DNA of 64,000 nt from Octopus vulgaris (Eukaryota): NCBI GenBank assembly GCA_951406725.2, contig OX597818.1, positions 3,348,001-3,412,000 of the forward strand, read 5' to 3'. Below the pieces are notes generated by a model. The model saw only the letters and a list, made by a program, of their open reading frames with translations. It made no database searches and was not told where the DNA came from. Shown one piece after another: positions 45,391 to 58,300 of the stretch; positions within the stretch are counted from its first letter, which is position 1; the number at the start of each line of letters is the position of its first letter. The translations under genes were made by a program, and so were the position numbers.

Positions 45391-48384
45391 TCATGGAGGC
45401 TTTCTAGCAACTGCTATTTGGTGCATGAGAGAGTTCGATGCAGCTGCCCTCATCTGCCCCTCCTGCCGTGAAGTTGGTTCATCTGGGACACCTGACAGGA
45501 AGAGATCCAGCTTCATTTTAAAGACATCTGTATCCACCCCATGCAGGTCTCTCAGGTTCTTCGGGAGGATATTGAAGAGCTGTGGGCCTCGGAAGCCCAG
45601 GCTATCACAGAATCTTGTCCTACATCTTGATGGCAGGTTTGGAGTCCTAGGCACCACGCAGTGGCCCCAGTTCTGGCATTTGCGTAACTCTCGATGCCAA
45701 AGTTCAGGACACTTCCCTCCAGGATCTTCCAGATGTATATTATGGCATATCTTTCCCGCCTACGCTCCAGGGAATATAATTTTAGTCTCTTGAGTCTTTC
45801 CCAGTAGCTTACATTCTGCATAGAGGCTATCTTCTTTGTGTAGCTTCGTTGGATCGCCTCAAGTTCTGTGATCAACTTGACACTGGATGGTGACCATAGC
45901 TGAGAGCAATAGTCAAAGTGGCTTAGGACAAGTGTCTTCCAGAGGACCATCATGGTTTCTTGTTCTCTTGTTCTAAAGGTTCTAAGAATCCATCCAGCCA
46001 GCCGTCTACATTTCATTGTCAGTTTAGCAACATGTACATGAAAGGTCGCGTCATCACTCATGTGAATACCCAGGTCACGCACTGATTGTGCCTCTGGGAT
46101 TGCAATCCCTCCGGGTCCAGTGTATTCATTGGGTATTGCATTCAGTTTTGCATGCTGATAGTATAAAGCTTGAAACTTTCCAGCATTGAACTGCATGCTA
46201 TTCTTTTCAGCCCACTTGTATATTTCGTCCAGCTCACAATTGCAGGTGTTTAGTGTCCTCAGGGTTCTGTATTGCCTGTGAAACTTTTGTATCATCTGCA
46301 TAACTTGTGATCGTGGCTCTCTGCGTGGCTGAGGGCATGTCTGAGAGGGCCATTATGAACAGTAGTGGTCCCAGAACAGTGCCCTGCGGAACACCGCTCA
46401 CTATTTGTGTGTTAATGGAGGTGGCCCCATTGGCTACTACCACCTGACTTCTATCCTTCAGAAAGTCATGAAGCCATTCTCCCAGTTTTCCAACTATGTT
46501 GAGATCACGCAGTTTGTGACATATCATTCCATGATCGACTTTATCAAAGGCCTTTGCAAAGTCGAGATATATCACTTCCACATTTGAGTGGTTGAGCAGC
46601 CGTTTCAGCACCCAGTCATAGTGTTGTAGGAGCTGAGTTAAACAGCTTCTCCCTGGTCGGAAACCATGTTGGGTGTCGGGCAGCAAGTCATTCTCTTCAA
46701 GGAAGGTGATCAGCTTCCTTCTGACTATTCGTTCCATGACCTTGCTGATGTGTGAGGTCAGAGAGATAGGTCTATAGTTCTTGGCTTCCGCTCTGCTACC
46801 CCCTTTATGAATGGGGCATATTTTACCTTCCTTCAGTTTTCCTGGAAGTTTGCCAGCTGCAAGGAAGCTCTGAAAGAGGAACTGCAGTGGTCTTGCTAGG
46901 ACTCTCTTACATGCTTTTAGGAGGATTGCCGGGAATCCATCGGGGCCAGTAGCTGAGTCTGTTTTCATTTCATCTATAGCCTTGGTTACATCGTCTTCCT
47001 TTATATCGATGTAATCTATCGTCGCCGCCTCTGATTTTATATCTGCAGTGGTAAAAAAGTCAGTTGGATTGGTGATTTGGAGATGCCCAAGGGGTGGAGT
47101 GAAAACACTCTTGAATTGCTCATTCAGTATTTCACTTACCCTCATTGGTTTTCCTGTAAGTGTGCCATCCTTTTCGAGGAGTGGCCCTATTCTACAGTGC
47201 ACTGTAGCTGTTTCTTTGGCATACCTGTAGAAAGCTCTGGGGTTAGATTTTATGTTTTCTATAGCCCAGGCTTCTTTGTCTGCTCTTTCTTTTTCATGGG
47301 AGAGTTGCAGACATTTTTCGATTTCCAACAGTTTTATTTTTAGGCGGGACTTTTCACTGCTTTCAATCTGTTTGTTTAGGCGATTTGAAAATTTCGTACG
47401 CCGTCTCATTAAAATTTTCCTCTCTCTGGGGATTTTGTTCTTGTGTACAGTGGCCTTTCTCTCTGGGACACATTTGTAGCATATGGCTTGCATTACAGAC
47501 ATGAATTGTTGAAGTTTCACGTCGATGTCTGGCGAGGAGAGACATTTAGGCCAGTTTTGTTTGAGGATCTCTTTCTCAATTTGTTTCCAGTTTGCTTTAT
47601 GGTAGTTCAAGCTGGAAAGATTTTGAGGATTTCTTGTAGGCTGCATGTCCGTGCTCTCTTTTGGCCCGTACATGGTCAGCTCTATCATGTTGTGATCCGA
47701 GAGTAGTGTCGGTGTCACTTTCACATTATGGATGAGATCCATGTCATTTGTGAAGCAGAGATCCAGTGTGTTACCTGCCCTGGTTGGTTGGAGTATTACC
47801 TGCTCCATGTACAGGGTGTTGATGAGGTTCAGGAGGGACCTCGCCTGTCCTCGTTCACATCTTGTCATTCCTGGGAGAGAAAGGCCCTCGGGCCATCTGA
47901 CATTGGGCAGATTGAAGTCTCCCATAAGAAGCACACCTATGTGTTGTTCTAATGTGGTTAGAATTTCTTCTATTTTTATAAGGCAGTCTTCAAACTTGCC
48001 CACATGGCTTGGGGCATCTGGAGGGCGATATGTAGCACACACAACTACATCAAGTTGCCTAATATGTACAATTAGTGTGTCACACACCGAGTTTGAGTAT
48101 GACAAGAGGACCTGGGGTGTGAGGTCCTCACGGATGTACATAGCAACACCTCCATGACTCCTTTCTTAACCTGTCGGTCCGTAGTACAGCATACTGTGGT
48201 ATGTGTAACTCCGCATCTGCTATGTCCGGTTTCAGGTGCGTTTCTGTAAGTGCTATGCATAAGGCTTGATTGCATGCAACAAAGTCTCTCAGGAACGGGA
48301 TCTTTGTCCTGTTACTGAGTGTTTGCAGTCCTCTGATGTTCAGTAGGAGTATTGAGGTGAGGTGTACGTTGTTGCCGGCGGTGT
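45391..48384 (-). pseudogene. ORF2 (APE endonuclease + RT) with three apparent single-base frameshifts (~48150, ~46240, ~45665)
   Basis: LLNIRGL, ALTETHL, YRPP, MGDFN, LDLCF, SDHN; RT motifs as copy A, which is open at the latter two sites. Confidence 0.9.
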
Positions 48385-49251
48385 CCATCCTGTGTTTGTT
48401 TGCTGTGGTGGTCTGGTATATAGTGGGTAGTCCCACCTGCGGGCTTGAGTTTGATGAAGCCAGGTCAGCTGCTGTACAATCTTTTGTGCCATGCACAAAA
48501 AAGATTGTTGCTCAGCAGCTGCTCTTTCGACAACATCATGTTGGCTGTTTGTGGCGCGCACAACATCTGCGTACCTCCGCTTTGGGGCAGGTGGTGCGTA
48601 GTCCATCCCTTTTCTTTGTGTTGATGGTTTGTCCATCTGCCTCGTGTCTCTGTGGCAGGGTCCCCGATGTGCAAAGCGGCAGCCTGCACCTTCCTTTCCG
48701 TGCCAGCAGGAACCTCTCAGGTAGAACATACACACCCGTGTGCGCTGTTTGGTTCCATCCTTTGCGGTTCCACTTCTACTCCTGGTTGTTTCTCTCTTTG
48801 GTCCTGCTTGAGCTTTTTCTTTTCCTTTAGCTCTTCCAGTCCTTCTTTTAGTTCTTCTTCCTCCCTCTACCTCTTCACCGGGTTCTCCGTCTCCATGGCC
48901 CTTGCTGCCGGTTGGAGAACTTGCACCTGGGTTCACTTCCCGGGCAGGTTTCTCATTCAAAACCTCCTCCTGGGCGTCCACCAGGTGGGGGTGACTTCTT
49001 TCATCGTCTCCATTCTTGCCATCTTTGCCCCGCTCGTTCTCAAAGATGGCATCAAGTGCGCCAATGTGCGACCGTACAAGCGCATATGAGCGCACGAATT
49101 CCTGTCTCTTTCGCTCCATCTGAGCCGCTGTCCTCTTGTAGCCTCTGCTCTTCAGCGCAGCCGCAATCACCTCGCTAGAGCTATCTCCGCCGGCGCACTC
49201 CCATGCTCGTACGAATAAATCCAGCTCGTCACGTCTCCATGCTCTGGACAT
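48340..49251 (-). CDS. LINE ORF1, 303 aa: N-terminal Myb/SANT (trihelix-like) domain, charged linker, CCCH zinc finger
   Basis: WRRDELDLFVRAW..EVIAAALKSRGYKRTAAQMERKRQEFVRSY resembles Myb_DNA-bind_4; CMFYLRGSCWHGKEGAGCRFAH; intact, overlaps ORF2 start. Confidence 0.8.
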   Translation of the reverse strand: MSRAWRRDELDLFVRAWECAGGDSSSEVIAAALKSRGYKRTAAQMERKRQEFVRSYALVRSHIGALDAIFENERGKDGKNGDDERSHPHLVDAQEEVLNEKPAREVNPGASSPTGSKGHGDGEPGEEVEGGRRTKRRTGRAKGKEKAQAGPKRETTRSRSGTAKDGTKQRTRVCMFYLRGSCWHGKEGAGCRFAHRGPCHRDTRQMDKPSTQRKGMDYAPPAPKRRYADVVRATNSQHDVVERAAAEQQSFLCMAQKIVQQLTWLHQTQARRWDYPLYTRPPQQTNTGWTPPATTYTSPQYSY

Positions 49252-49312
49252 GCTGGATAATCCGTCTATCCGTTTATCTATCTAATTATGTTCGAGAGAA
49301 GACAGGAAGATA

Positions 49313-50450
49313 TTAAGGCTAATTAGAAGATAGAGTACTTGAAAAAGAAATATTAACAATATTAAAGTTTGTGTAAAAACGTTATTTGGGTAAAAACGTT
49401 ATTTAATCTTAAGGCTAATTAGGAGATAGAGTATCTGAAAATATATTAGCAATATTAATATTATATTAGAGTGTGGGTAAAAAAACGTTATTTAATCTTA
49501 AGGCTAATTTGGAGATAGAGTATCTGAAAATATATTAGCAATATTAATATTATATTAGAGTGTGGGTAATATTAAACGTTATTTAATTTAATCTTAAGGC
49601 TAATTAGAAGACAGAGTACCTGAAAAATTATATATACAATATTAAGCAATATTAACCGTTATTTAATTTAATCTTAAGGCTAATTAGACGTTATTAATAT
49701 TAAACGTTATTTAATTTAATCTTAAGGCTAATTAGAAGATAGAGTATCTGAAAATATATTAGCAATATTAATATTATATTAGAGTGTGGATAAAAACGTT
49801 ATTTAATCTTAAGGCTAATCAGGAGATAGAGTATCTGAAAATATATTAGCAATGTTAATATTATATTAGAGTGTGGGTAATATTAAACGTTATTTAATTT
49901 AATCTTAAGGCTAATTAGAAGATAGAGTATCTGAAGAATTATTAACAATATTAAAACAATATTAAACGTTATTTAATTTAATCTTAAGGCTAATTAACAA
50001 TAATTATTAACAATATTAAACAATATTAAACGTTATTTAATTTAATCTTAAGGCTAATTAACAGTAATTATTAACAATATTAAACAATATTAAACGTTAT
50101 TTAATTTAATCCTAAGGCTAATTAACAATAATTATTAACAATATTAAACGTTATTTAATTTAATCCTAAGGCTAATTAGACGTTATTAATATTAAACGTT
50201 ATTTAATTTAATCTTAAGGCTAATTAGAAGATAGAGTATCTGAAAAATTATTAACAATATTAAAACAATATTAAACGTTATTTAATTTAATCTTAAGGCT
50301 AATTAACAATAATTATTAACAATATTAAACAATATTAAACGTTATTTAATTTAATCCTAAGGCTAATTTGACGGTATCAATATTAAACGTTATTTAATTT
50401 AATCTTAAGGCTAATTAGAAGATAGAGTATATGGAAAATTATTATATCGA
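49313..50450. repeat. Modular AT-rich tandem array, 16 units of ~48-96 bp
   Basis: Constant aaacgttattt(aattt)aatc(t/c)taaggctaatt followed by a few interchangeable modules. Confidence 0.9.
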
Positions 50451-50886
50451 GAACAGTTATTGAAAATGTAAACAAACCAAATGACGATCGCAACTTTAAC
50501 TAAGATGTGGGCCTAAGTGAAAGATAAAATAGAATAATAAATAAAATATGAAATAGATGAAATTGATACTTAATCCAACAATGTGGTCTGGATTATTTTT
50601 TTTTGGTTTACGGGATTTTTTTCAGGAGAGATGCTTCTTTTTTCTTTCCTGCAGGAGATAACTTGATTCAGTTATTTTTGCACCATGTGCGTTTCGGCGA
50701 AAATGAAAATTACTGTGTATATGTATATATTTATATATATATTTTTAAAAATATTTTTAACCAAAGTGTTGTAGTGATCTCTATGACTTAGAGTTTTACG
50801 TTTTGCAACTACAGTGGGTTATTTCGCCGTTCTATGCAGACTTTTTCACAGAGCAAAGGCAATCACGTCTTTCTCTGCTGAAAACG

Positions 50887-50939
<53 letters not shown>

Positions 50940-50955
50940 TTCTCTGCTGAAAACG

Positions 50956-51004
<49 letters not shown>

Positions 51005-51010
<6 letters not shown>

Positions 51011-53590
51011 AAATGGTTCAAATATAGACAAACTCCCCAAATAAGCTAACCATATAATAAAGATACATGTGTAGTATCTATAGATTTAATATAAGAATCT
51101 ATAACAAAGTTGACTAAATATCAAATAATATAATACCTAATTAACTTAAAATTTAATATTACACCTAATAAATAATATATTGTCTGACGAAATTAATTCT
51201 TAAATTAAATTAAATGTAATTCGTTAGATCCCTTAATATATATATATATATATATAAATAAAATATAAAAATAAATATAAGAGAATGGTCACTATGTGGC
51301 TCATTCTAGCACTAGAAAATCCAAAAGGTTTCAACCACAAAAATACATGTTTCCCATGAAAGTCAGTACGATTGTTAGCTCACACGAACAGGGCAAATAA
51401 AAAATAACAAAAATACAGATTATTTTGGGACAATTGTTTCGCTATTAATGAATTAAATGTAATTTTACTTACCAAAAACCCACTTGTAGCTCCTCAGCCA
51501 AAACTATCTGGATGAAATCCACTCAATCACACGCCAGATTTTACCATAACGATAAATACACGTGTGGTTCAATTGATTACATCCGACGTTATAATTCAAA
51601 TGCCCCTACCAACAGCGCGCCAAACTTTCACGGAAACAGATACTACATTTAGAAATAAATGTAGCATAATTATAATTAATTAATAAGGGTGAGAGAATTA
51701 GATACTAATTTAATAGTATATCTATTCAACACCAAGTGGCCCAGTGCCTCGAGAAACCTGGATTATTATAATATTTTATAATATATTATAATATTTTATA
51801 CAAAAATAAATATAAGAGAATGGTCACTATGTGGCTCATTCTAGCACTAGAAAATCCAAAAGATATCGACACCCTTTCAGTGCTTCGATAACAGATCCTT
51901 CGTTACAAAGTTTTAATGTTTTTTTCGTTTTTTCGTATTTGCACTATGTCTCTACGCAATGAATTTTATAAACGCTTTAACTATTTTACTTTAAAAATCA
52001 GTTACTCTTTCACTTCGCAAAGCTAAGTTTGACATTTTATCGTTTCTCTATTTCGTTGTGTTTTTGAAATATTATTATTATTATTGTTGTTGTAATATTA
52101 TTATTTATTTATAGTTTATTATTGTTATTGTTATTGACAGGCTTTGTATAGGACTATTGATTGTGATTGTACATCTTCTTAGTGTATTGTTCTTTGGTCC
52201 TAATATTTTTGCACCTTTCTTTAATTTTGGGGTTGGATTTTGTATTATTTTGGGATTAATGTTTAGCTGTGGTTAATTTTGTTATTGATATATTAATAGG
52301 TGTCTGTTAGTTTTAGTTTTAGTTGCGTGTCTTCATATTAATCTCTCCATAAGTTGTGTGTTTTTTTTCTCATATTTCTTTAGTTCATGAGGTTTTAATA
52401 TTTTTTCGTTTTTTCGTATTTTTCATTGATAAAAAAATTTTACCATTTTCATTGAGTATTTATTTGATTTCTTTGCACTAAGTCTCATGCGATAAATTTT
52501 ATAAACGCTTTAACTATTTTACTTTAAAAATCAGTTACTCTTTCACTTCGCAAAGCTAAGTTTGACATTTTATCGTTTCTCTATTTCGTTGTGTTTTTGA
52601 AATATTATTATTATTGTTGTTGTAATATTATTATTTATTTAGAGTTTCTTGATAGTATTTTTTACGTTAGATATTGGATTTGTTATCCTTTAATTATTAT
52701 AAAGGATTTTAACGTTTTACATATTATTTAATTTGAGAATTAATATTGTTAGACTATATTTCTTTTAATAATTAGATAATTTTTCATTAAATAGTATTAT
52801 TTTAAAATAAACTAGTTTTTATTTTAATATAAAGTTTATGTTTAACTTTTTTTATCGTGAGATATATTAAATCTATAGATATTATACATGGATATTAATA
52901 TAACTAGTTTATATGATGGATTTGAGTATATTTGTACTATTTCAAATTTTTGATTGTATTATTCATGAAGAGGAATTGTTTTGAGTATATTAATTAGACG
53001 CTAAAACATATTATTAAATTTAAAATCCAGATAGATTAAATTAATCGTTGAACTTAGTAATTTAGTTTGTTTATCCATATTGGTTAGATCGTTGTCATTA
53101 TTGTTATTGTTATTGACTGGCTTTGTATAAGACTGGTGGTTGTGATTGTACATTTTCTTAGTGTATTGTTCTTTGGTTCTAATATTTTTGCACCTTTCTT
53201 TAATTTTAGGGTTGATAGGTTTTCTTACTATCCATTAACATATTATTCTCACTATTATATCTTTATATATATATTGATAGATATAAGTTACGATAGATAT
53301 TAATTCCTATATTTTATATAAAAATATATATATATATTTCTATATTAAGGGATCTAATGAATTACATTTAATTTAATTTAAGAATTAATTTCGTCAGACA
53401 ATATATTATTTAATTATTAGGTGGCTTATTTATTTGTAATATTAAATTTTAAGTTAATTGGGTATTATATTATTTGATATTTAGTCAACTTTGTTATAGA
53501 TTCTTATATTAAATCTATAGATACTACACATGTATATTTATTATATGGTTAGCTTATTTAAGGAGTTTGTCTATATTTGAACCATTTCTT
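51005..53590. repeat. Large AT-rich inverted-repeat unit (arms ~51005-51240 and ~53345-53590) with internal direct duplications
   Basis: aagaaatggttcaaatatagacaaactcc / ggagtttgtctatatttgaaccatttctt; 51960-52110 = 52490-52640; 51270-51325 = 51800-51860. Confidence 0.75.
51427..51499 (-). ncRNA. Type I hammerhead motif (canonical core)
   Basis: gg-CTGAGGA-gcta...tagc-GAAAC-aatt-GT-C-cc. Confidence 0.7.
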
Positions 53591-53699
53591 ATTTTGATTA
53601 CAATTTAAGGACTTGTACTAGCTTTATGTATTTTATTTAATTTTAAAGTATTTAATAATTTAAGTATTGTTTTAGTTGTCACTTATGTATATTTAGTAT

Positions 53700-53748
<49 letters not shown>

Positions 53749-53789
53749 TATATTTGTTAATTGATTATTTTATTGTTCTAGTTTATTTT

Positions 53790-53878
53790 TAACCTGATGA
53801 ATTACTATATTTATATCGAAGTGATTTCTCTACAACTATAATCATTTCTTAAATATAGCCACGAAACACGTGTCGTTA
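53790..53878 (+). ncRNA. Type I hammerhead motif (canonical core, stem II base mismatched)
   Basis: taac-CTGATGA-..ctatattt...aaatatag..-GAAAC-acgt-GT-C-gtta. Confidence 0.7.
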
Positions 53879-54183
53879 TTCTACAAATTATATGTTTTTA
53901 TTATTATTTTTTTGTAATTTACTTAATCATTAACATTTTATTGTTATTTTAATTTTAATATTTCTATTATATGTAATTTTCTAGATGGTGTAATTTAATT
54001 GTTCATTTTGAATTGATAAGAGGTGTTTTTTTTCAAATTTTTATATATATATATTATATTGTGTGAAATTTGATTTAGTATTTCTAAATTGAATTTTTTT
54101 TCATTGTAAGTTTTGGATTTTATTCCCTCAAATAATAATTATATATATATATATATATGCGCGCGCGCATGTGTGTGTGTGTA

Positions 54184-54211
<28 letters not shown>

Positions 54212-54227
<16 letters not shown>

Positions 54228-55339
54228 GGCAGTTTGTGTGTCTGTGTGTCTGTCAGGTTGTACCCTCACCCTGACCACGGCTTTCAACCGATTCTGATGA
54301 AACTTGACACACACATAGCCCAATGTCATAATTCAAAACTAACGCAGCGAAAATTTTGAAAAGTTCCCCCAGTTCTGAAAAACATTGATAAATTCGACAT
54401 GGAGTCGAGAATCTAAGCTTTTTATATGCAACACATTTTCTGTTGTAGTTTTCGTAACTTGCAATCGATTTTCACCAAACTCATGGTGAAGCTTAATGTT
54501 ACCCTAAGAAACTTAATTCTGACGTTTGTTTTCCATGCAATACCTTACCATCAGAAAAAATCGATAAAATCATGCCATTTTGCGAAATCGCGTTCAAATT
54601 CAAGATGACATATTTTCGACAATATCTTTCACAAATTGGCAGGAATCTTTTTAAAAATTCGCAGCGAGCATCATGTCTGCTCCAAGGAGCTATATGGCCC
54701 TTTTTATTCCAATAGGATACTTTATTACTGGAAAAAATCGGTTAATTAAATCATATGTGGCACACATAGCAAACCGATTTGTGTATTAAAAACAAACCAC
54801 AGACTGTCTAGGGAACGCAACTCGACCTTTTTAACTCTCGGAACACGTGGGGTAAGTATCCCAAAATGTATAAAAATGTACAAAAACGGCAAAAAAGCGG
54901 GCAGCAATGTGAATGACAACAACGAAAACGTCAAAAGTGACCAAACTGAACAAACGAATGGAAAAGGTTTTTTGGTGCACACGACAAAAGCGGTTTATAA
55001 TAAGCCAAAAGTTTGCAAGTAGCGTCCGAGGACCCTTAGGGTACGCCAAAAAATTAAGGTAAAACGTTTGGGGTGGTAGTTATAAAGAAAGTTTAAACAA
55101 AAAATTATTCGAATAACTTGCGGCTGCAGCAGCTATTAGCAGAAGTTGGGGGTAAAGTCTCGAATGTAATTTCTTCCTGGTATGAATTGGTTGGGTTGAA
55201 TTATCCATAGCTGTTTGATAGAAGACATTGCAACCTACACATGCGCCTTCGTTCCCTAGAGGGAAAGGACTAGACTGGGATTAGTCGTTGCCTACTAGAG
55301 GCTCTTACATACCCGGGCAACGCCGGGCTATGCTGCTAG
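54212..55339 (+). mobile_element. Non-autonomous Helitron (long variant of 9018-9400)
   Basis: Shared first ~190 bp; 3' cccgggcaacgccgggctatgctgCTAG|T. Confidence 0.8.
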
Positions 55340-55457
55340 TATATACATATATTAATAGTAATGGTAAGGCAACAAAAGAATAAATGAGACCTCGATATTA
55401 TGTAAATAGAGGAATTTATCTGTAATATAATATGTGACAATTATTTGGTTGCCATAA

Positions 55458-55514
55458 TAAGACTCCGAGTTTCGGATGTCAGGGCGGAAACCTGCTCCGG
55501 CATCTCGTCAGTTA
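55458..55514 (-). ncRNA. Type I hammerhead motif (canonical core)
   Basis: taa-CTGACGA-gatgccgg...ctgacatc-c-GAAAC-tcgga-GT-C-tta. Confidence 0.7.
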
Positions 55515-56172
55515 TCGAGGCAATCGAAAAATGCAATGAAATTGACTGTTGAACAAAGGGAAAAAGCTATTAGAATGACCGTTAAATAAGGGAAAAAAAA
55601 CCGAATGGGAGAAAGTAAAAAGTAAAGAAGTCAAATTTCTCATAGCATTCACGTATGCGCGGATGTACATACATACACATGCGCGCACGCACACCCACAT
55701 ACTCGCATGGAATACATACATGCGCACCCACACACGCCATAAATGCACATATATATGCAACCATGCATGTACACGTATACATATCCAGACGCTCGCGCAC
55801 ACACACATACACACGTGCACATACTCATACGCGCACAATTATATTCAATACACGTCTACAAATACACACATGCTATATATGCACATGCTCACTCACACTC
55901 ACGTGAAACATGTGCATGTACACCTACATATATATGCAACCATACACATGTACATGTACATGTACATATATACATACCCGCACACATGCACACACACACG
56001 CGCGCGGACAACAAAGTTCATATACACGTTTATATACGCACATGCACAAGAAAAAGCAAGGTGAAAGGTAAAACAGAAAAAAATGTGTAAAAATATATAA
56101 AGCAATAAAAATATAAATATATCTATAAATATGTAAAAAAAAATGTAAAAAATATATAAATATATGTATATA

Positions 56173-56337
56173 GGCGCAGGAGTGGCTGTGTGGTAAGTAG
56201 CTTGCTTACCAACCACATGGTTCCGGGTTCAGTCCCACTGCGTGGCGTCTTGGGCAAGTGTCTTCTGCTATAGCCCCGGGCCGACCAATGCCTTGTGAGT
56301 GGATTTGGTAGACGGAAACTGAAAGAAGCCTGTCGTA

Positions 56338-56393
<56 letters not shown>

Positions 56394-56630
56394 TATATAT
56401 GTATGTGTGTGTTTGTGTGTCTGTGTTTGTCCCCCTAGCATTGCTTGACAACCGATGCCGGTGTGTTTACGTCCCCGTCACTTAGCGGTTCGGCAAAAGA
56501 GACCGATAGAATAAGTACTGGGCTTACAAAGAATAAGTCCCGGGGTCGATTTGCTCGACTAAAGGCGGTGCTCCAGCATGGCCGCAGTCAAATGACTGAA
56601 ACAAGTAAAAGAGTAAAGAGTAAAAGAGTA
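56173..56630 (+). mobile_element. tRNA-SINE family 1, complete copy
   Basis: ggcgcaggagtggctgtgtggtaag...ggttcagtccc head; internal (TA)n(TG)n; tail with (gtaaaaga)n. Confidence 0.95.
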
Positions 56631-56939
56631 TATAAAAAGTATAATATGAAAAGTTCAGTTCTTGAATTTAGACATGTAGCGGGGTCTAAGCTGCTTTTCC
56701 AGATGAGCCATCTTTTCATATTACAAAGACCACACTTTCCACTGCTGTTGGTGTAAGGCTTACACTTGGCTAAGATCTTCCAGTGGATGATGTAACTGAT
56801 ACCTATATCTTTTAAGGACCATATATGACCGGATAATTTGGAGTTTTATTATGGCAACCGAATAATTGTCACATAGTATATTACAGATAAATTCATATAT
56901 ATATATAGATATAGATATAGAAATAGATGAGTGTATTTT

Positions 56940-58300
56940 TCCTTTGTTAACAATTAACACGGAAAAAAATAGATAAATAGTTACCAGGGTAGCAAAAAAT
57001 CACACAAGTAAAGAGGTGGTAACTCCTTGTTTTAAAGGTAGAAACTTCGGGGTTTTTTTTGTATAATATATAAATATATAAATGGAGTTTAACGCAAGTA
57101 TAATTCAAATACTTTTACTTCCGACACATGTTTCAAAGATTTCATTGATATTATTCCAAAGGAGTAAATGCTGTAAAACAATGTAATCTTCTCTTCAGGG
57201 AAGTGAAGAAATGAAACTCGTCAATAAGACATTTTAACAGAAAATGATGGATATGTATAGTGATTTACTGAACGCTATTAATATTGTTTGAAAAAACGTT
57301 ATATGATATAACGTCAGAATTAGCCTATAGAAAGAGGAAGGATATTTTTTTAGTGAATGTTAAATATAAAAGGAAATTAATGCTTAAATTATATATAATG
57401 ATAGAGATTACTTATATGAACTAAAGGTGTGTTCTTGCCAATGTTTACATCGGTATGCACGCTCTATAACCGTGTTTACTAGGGGATTTTTAGAAAAAAT
57501 AATGAAAAATAGTTCAGAATTACAGAAAAGACAGAATTTCTCGCCTTTGTCATAAGGTATGGCGATTGAGAGAATCAACCATTCTAAATTAAATTGTTCA
57601 TTGTGGTCTTTTAGATCCCAAATTAATTTACTGAGCCCTGTACTGTTACGTTTATTCCTATCCCTAAATGTTGAGTAATGGATAGAAATTCTTTTAGATA
57701 ACTGTAACGACGTGCTTCCAATGTAAAATCGTACTTTATTACGAGTACTGATTATACACTGGTATATAGAGTTTTTAATTTTAGAGCTACTTGACATAAA
57801 CTTAATTCTGTTGGAATTGACTTCAGATACAATAACCTTGTTATCAATATTTCTAGAGGGTTGGATGGTATTAGCTAAATTAATGTTAGTATTAGTAAAT
57901 GTATTAATATTTAACAGTTTGTTATTATGTGAAGAGATAATTTGTAAGAGATTTTTTGTGTTGGAAAAAACCAATCCTAACCGTATGTGAATTGATAATA
58001 GAATTGATACCTAGAATTGATACCTAGAATTCTTTGGAAAATTCCTAAAAATAGCTTGACAAAATTGCAATGGGAGATTAGATTTACTTAAAGCATACTT
58101 CCCGTATGGAAGAATGAACCAAATATTTTTACTACTATTTATCTTATTTTTAGAGTAATTATTTTTGAAAGACTTACATTTATTTTTAGAATGATAATAG
58201 GGGATTAAATAAGAGTTATCTCCCTTCCTCCGCTTTGTATCGGTGCATAAATTAAGCTTGTTATCGATAATTCCTTTACAACTAGATTTCATACCTACAT
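56940..58300 (-). mobile_element. Penelope-like 3' part: GIY-YIG ORF 57408-57974 plus pLTR
   Basis: SIYQCII..FYIGSTS..KRISIHYSTF..TGLSKLIW..LEWLIL..FCLFCNSEL. Confidence 0.85.
57117..57204 (-). ncRNA. Type I hammerhead ribozyme motif (canonical) downstream of GIY-YIG ORF
   Basis: acttcc-CTGAAGA-gaagatt...aatcttt-GAAAC-atgt-GT-C-ggaagt; 6-bp stem I. Confidence 0.85.

Larger units (their letters stand above)
45302..50890 (-). mobile_element. CR1-group LINE, copy B, apparently full length, between (TA)n tracts
   Basis: (AATC)n tail, ORF2, ORF1 and long 5' region with tandem array; 5' boundary inferred from return to (TA)n. Confidence 0.85.

Noticed and set aside
49313-50450. CRISPR-like repeat-spacer array
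   Set aside because: Spacers are re-used related modules rather than unique sequences; no cas genes; eukaryotic LINE context
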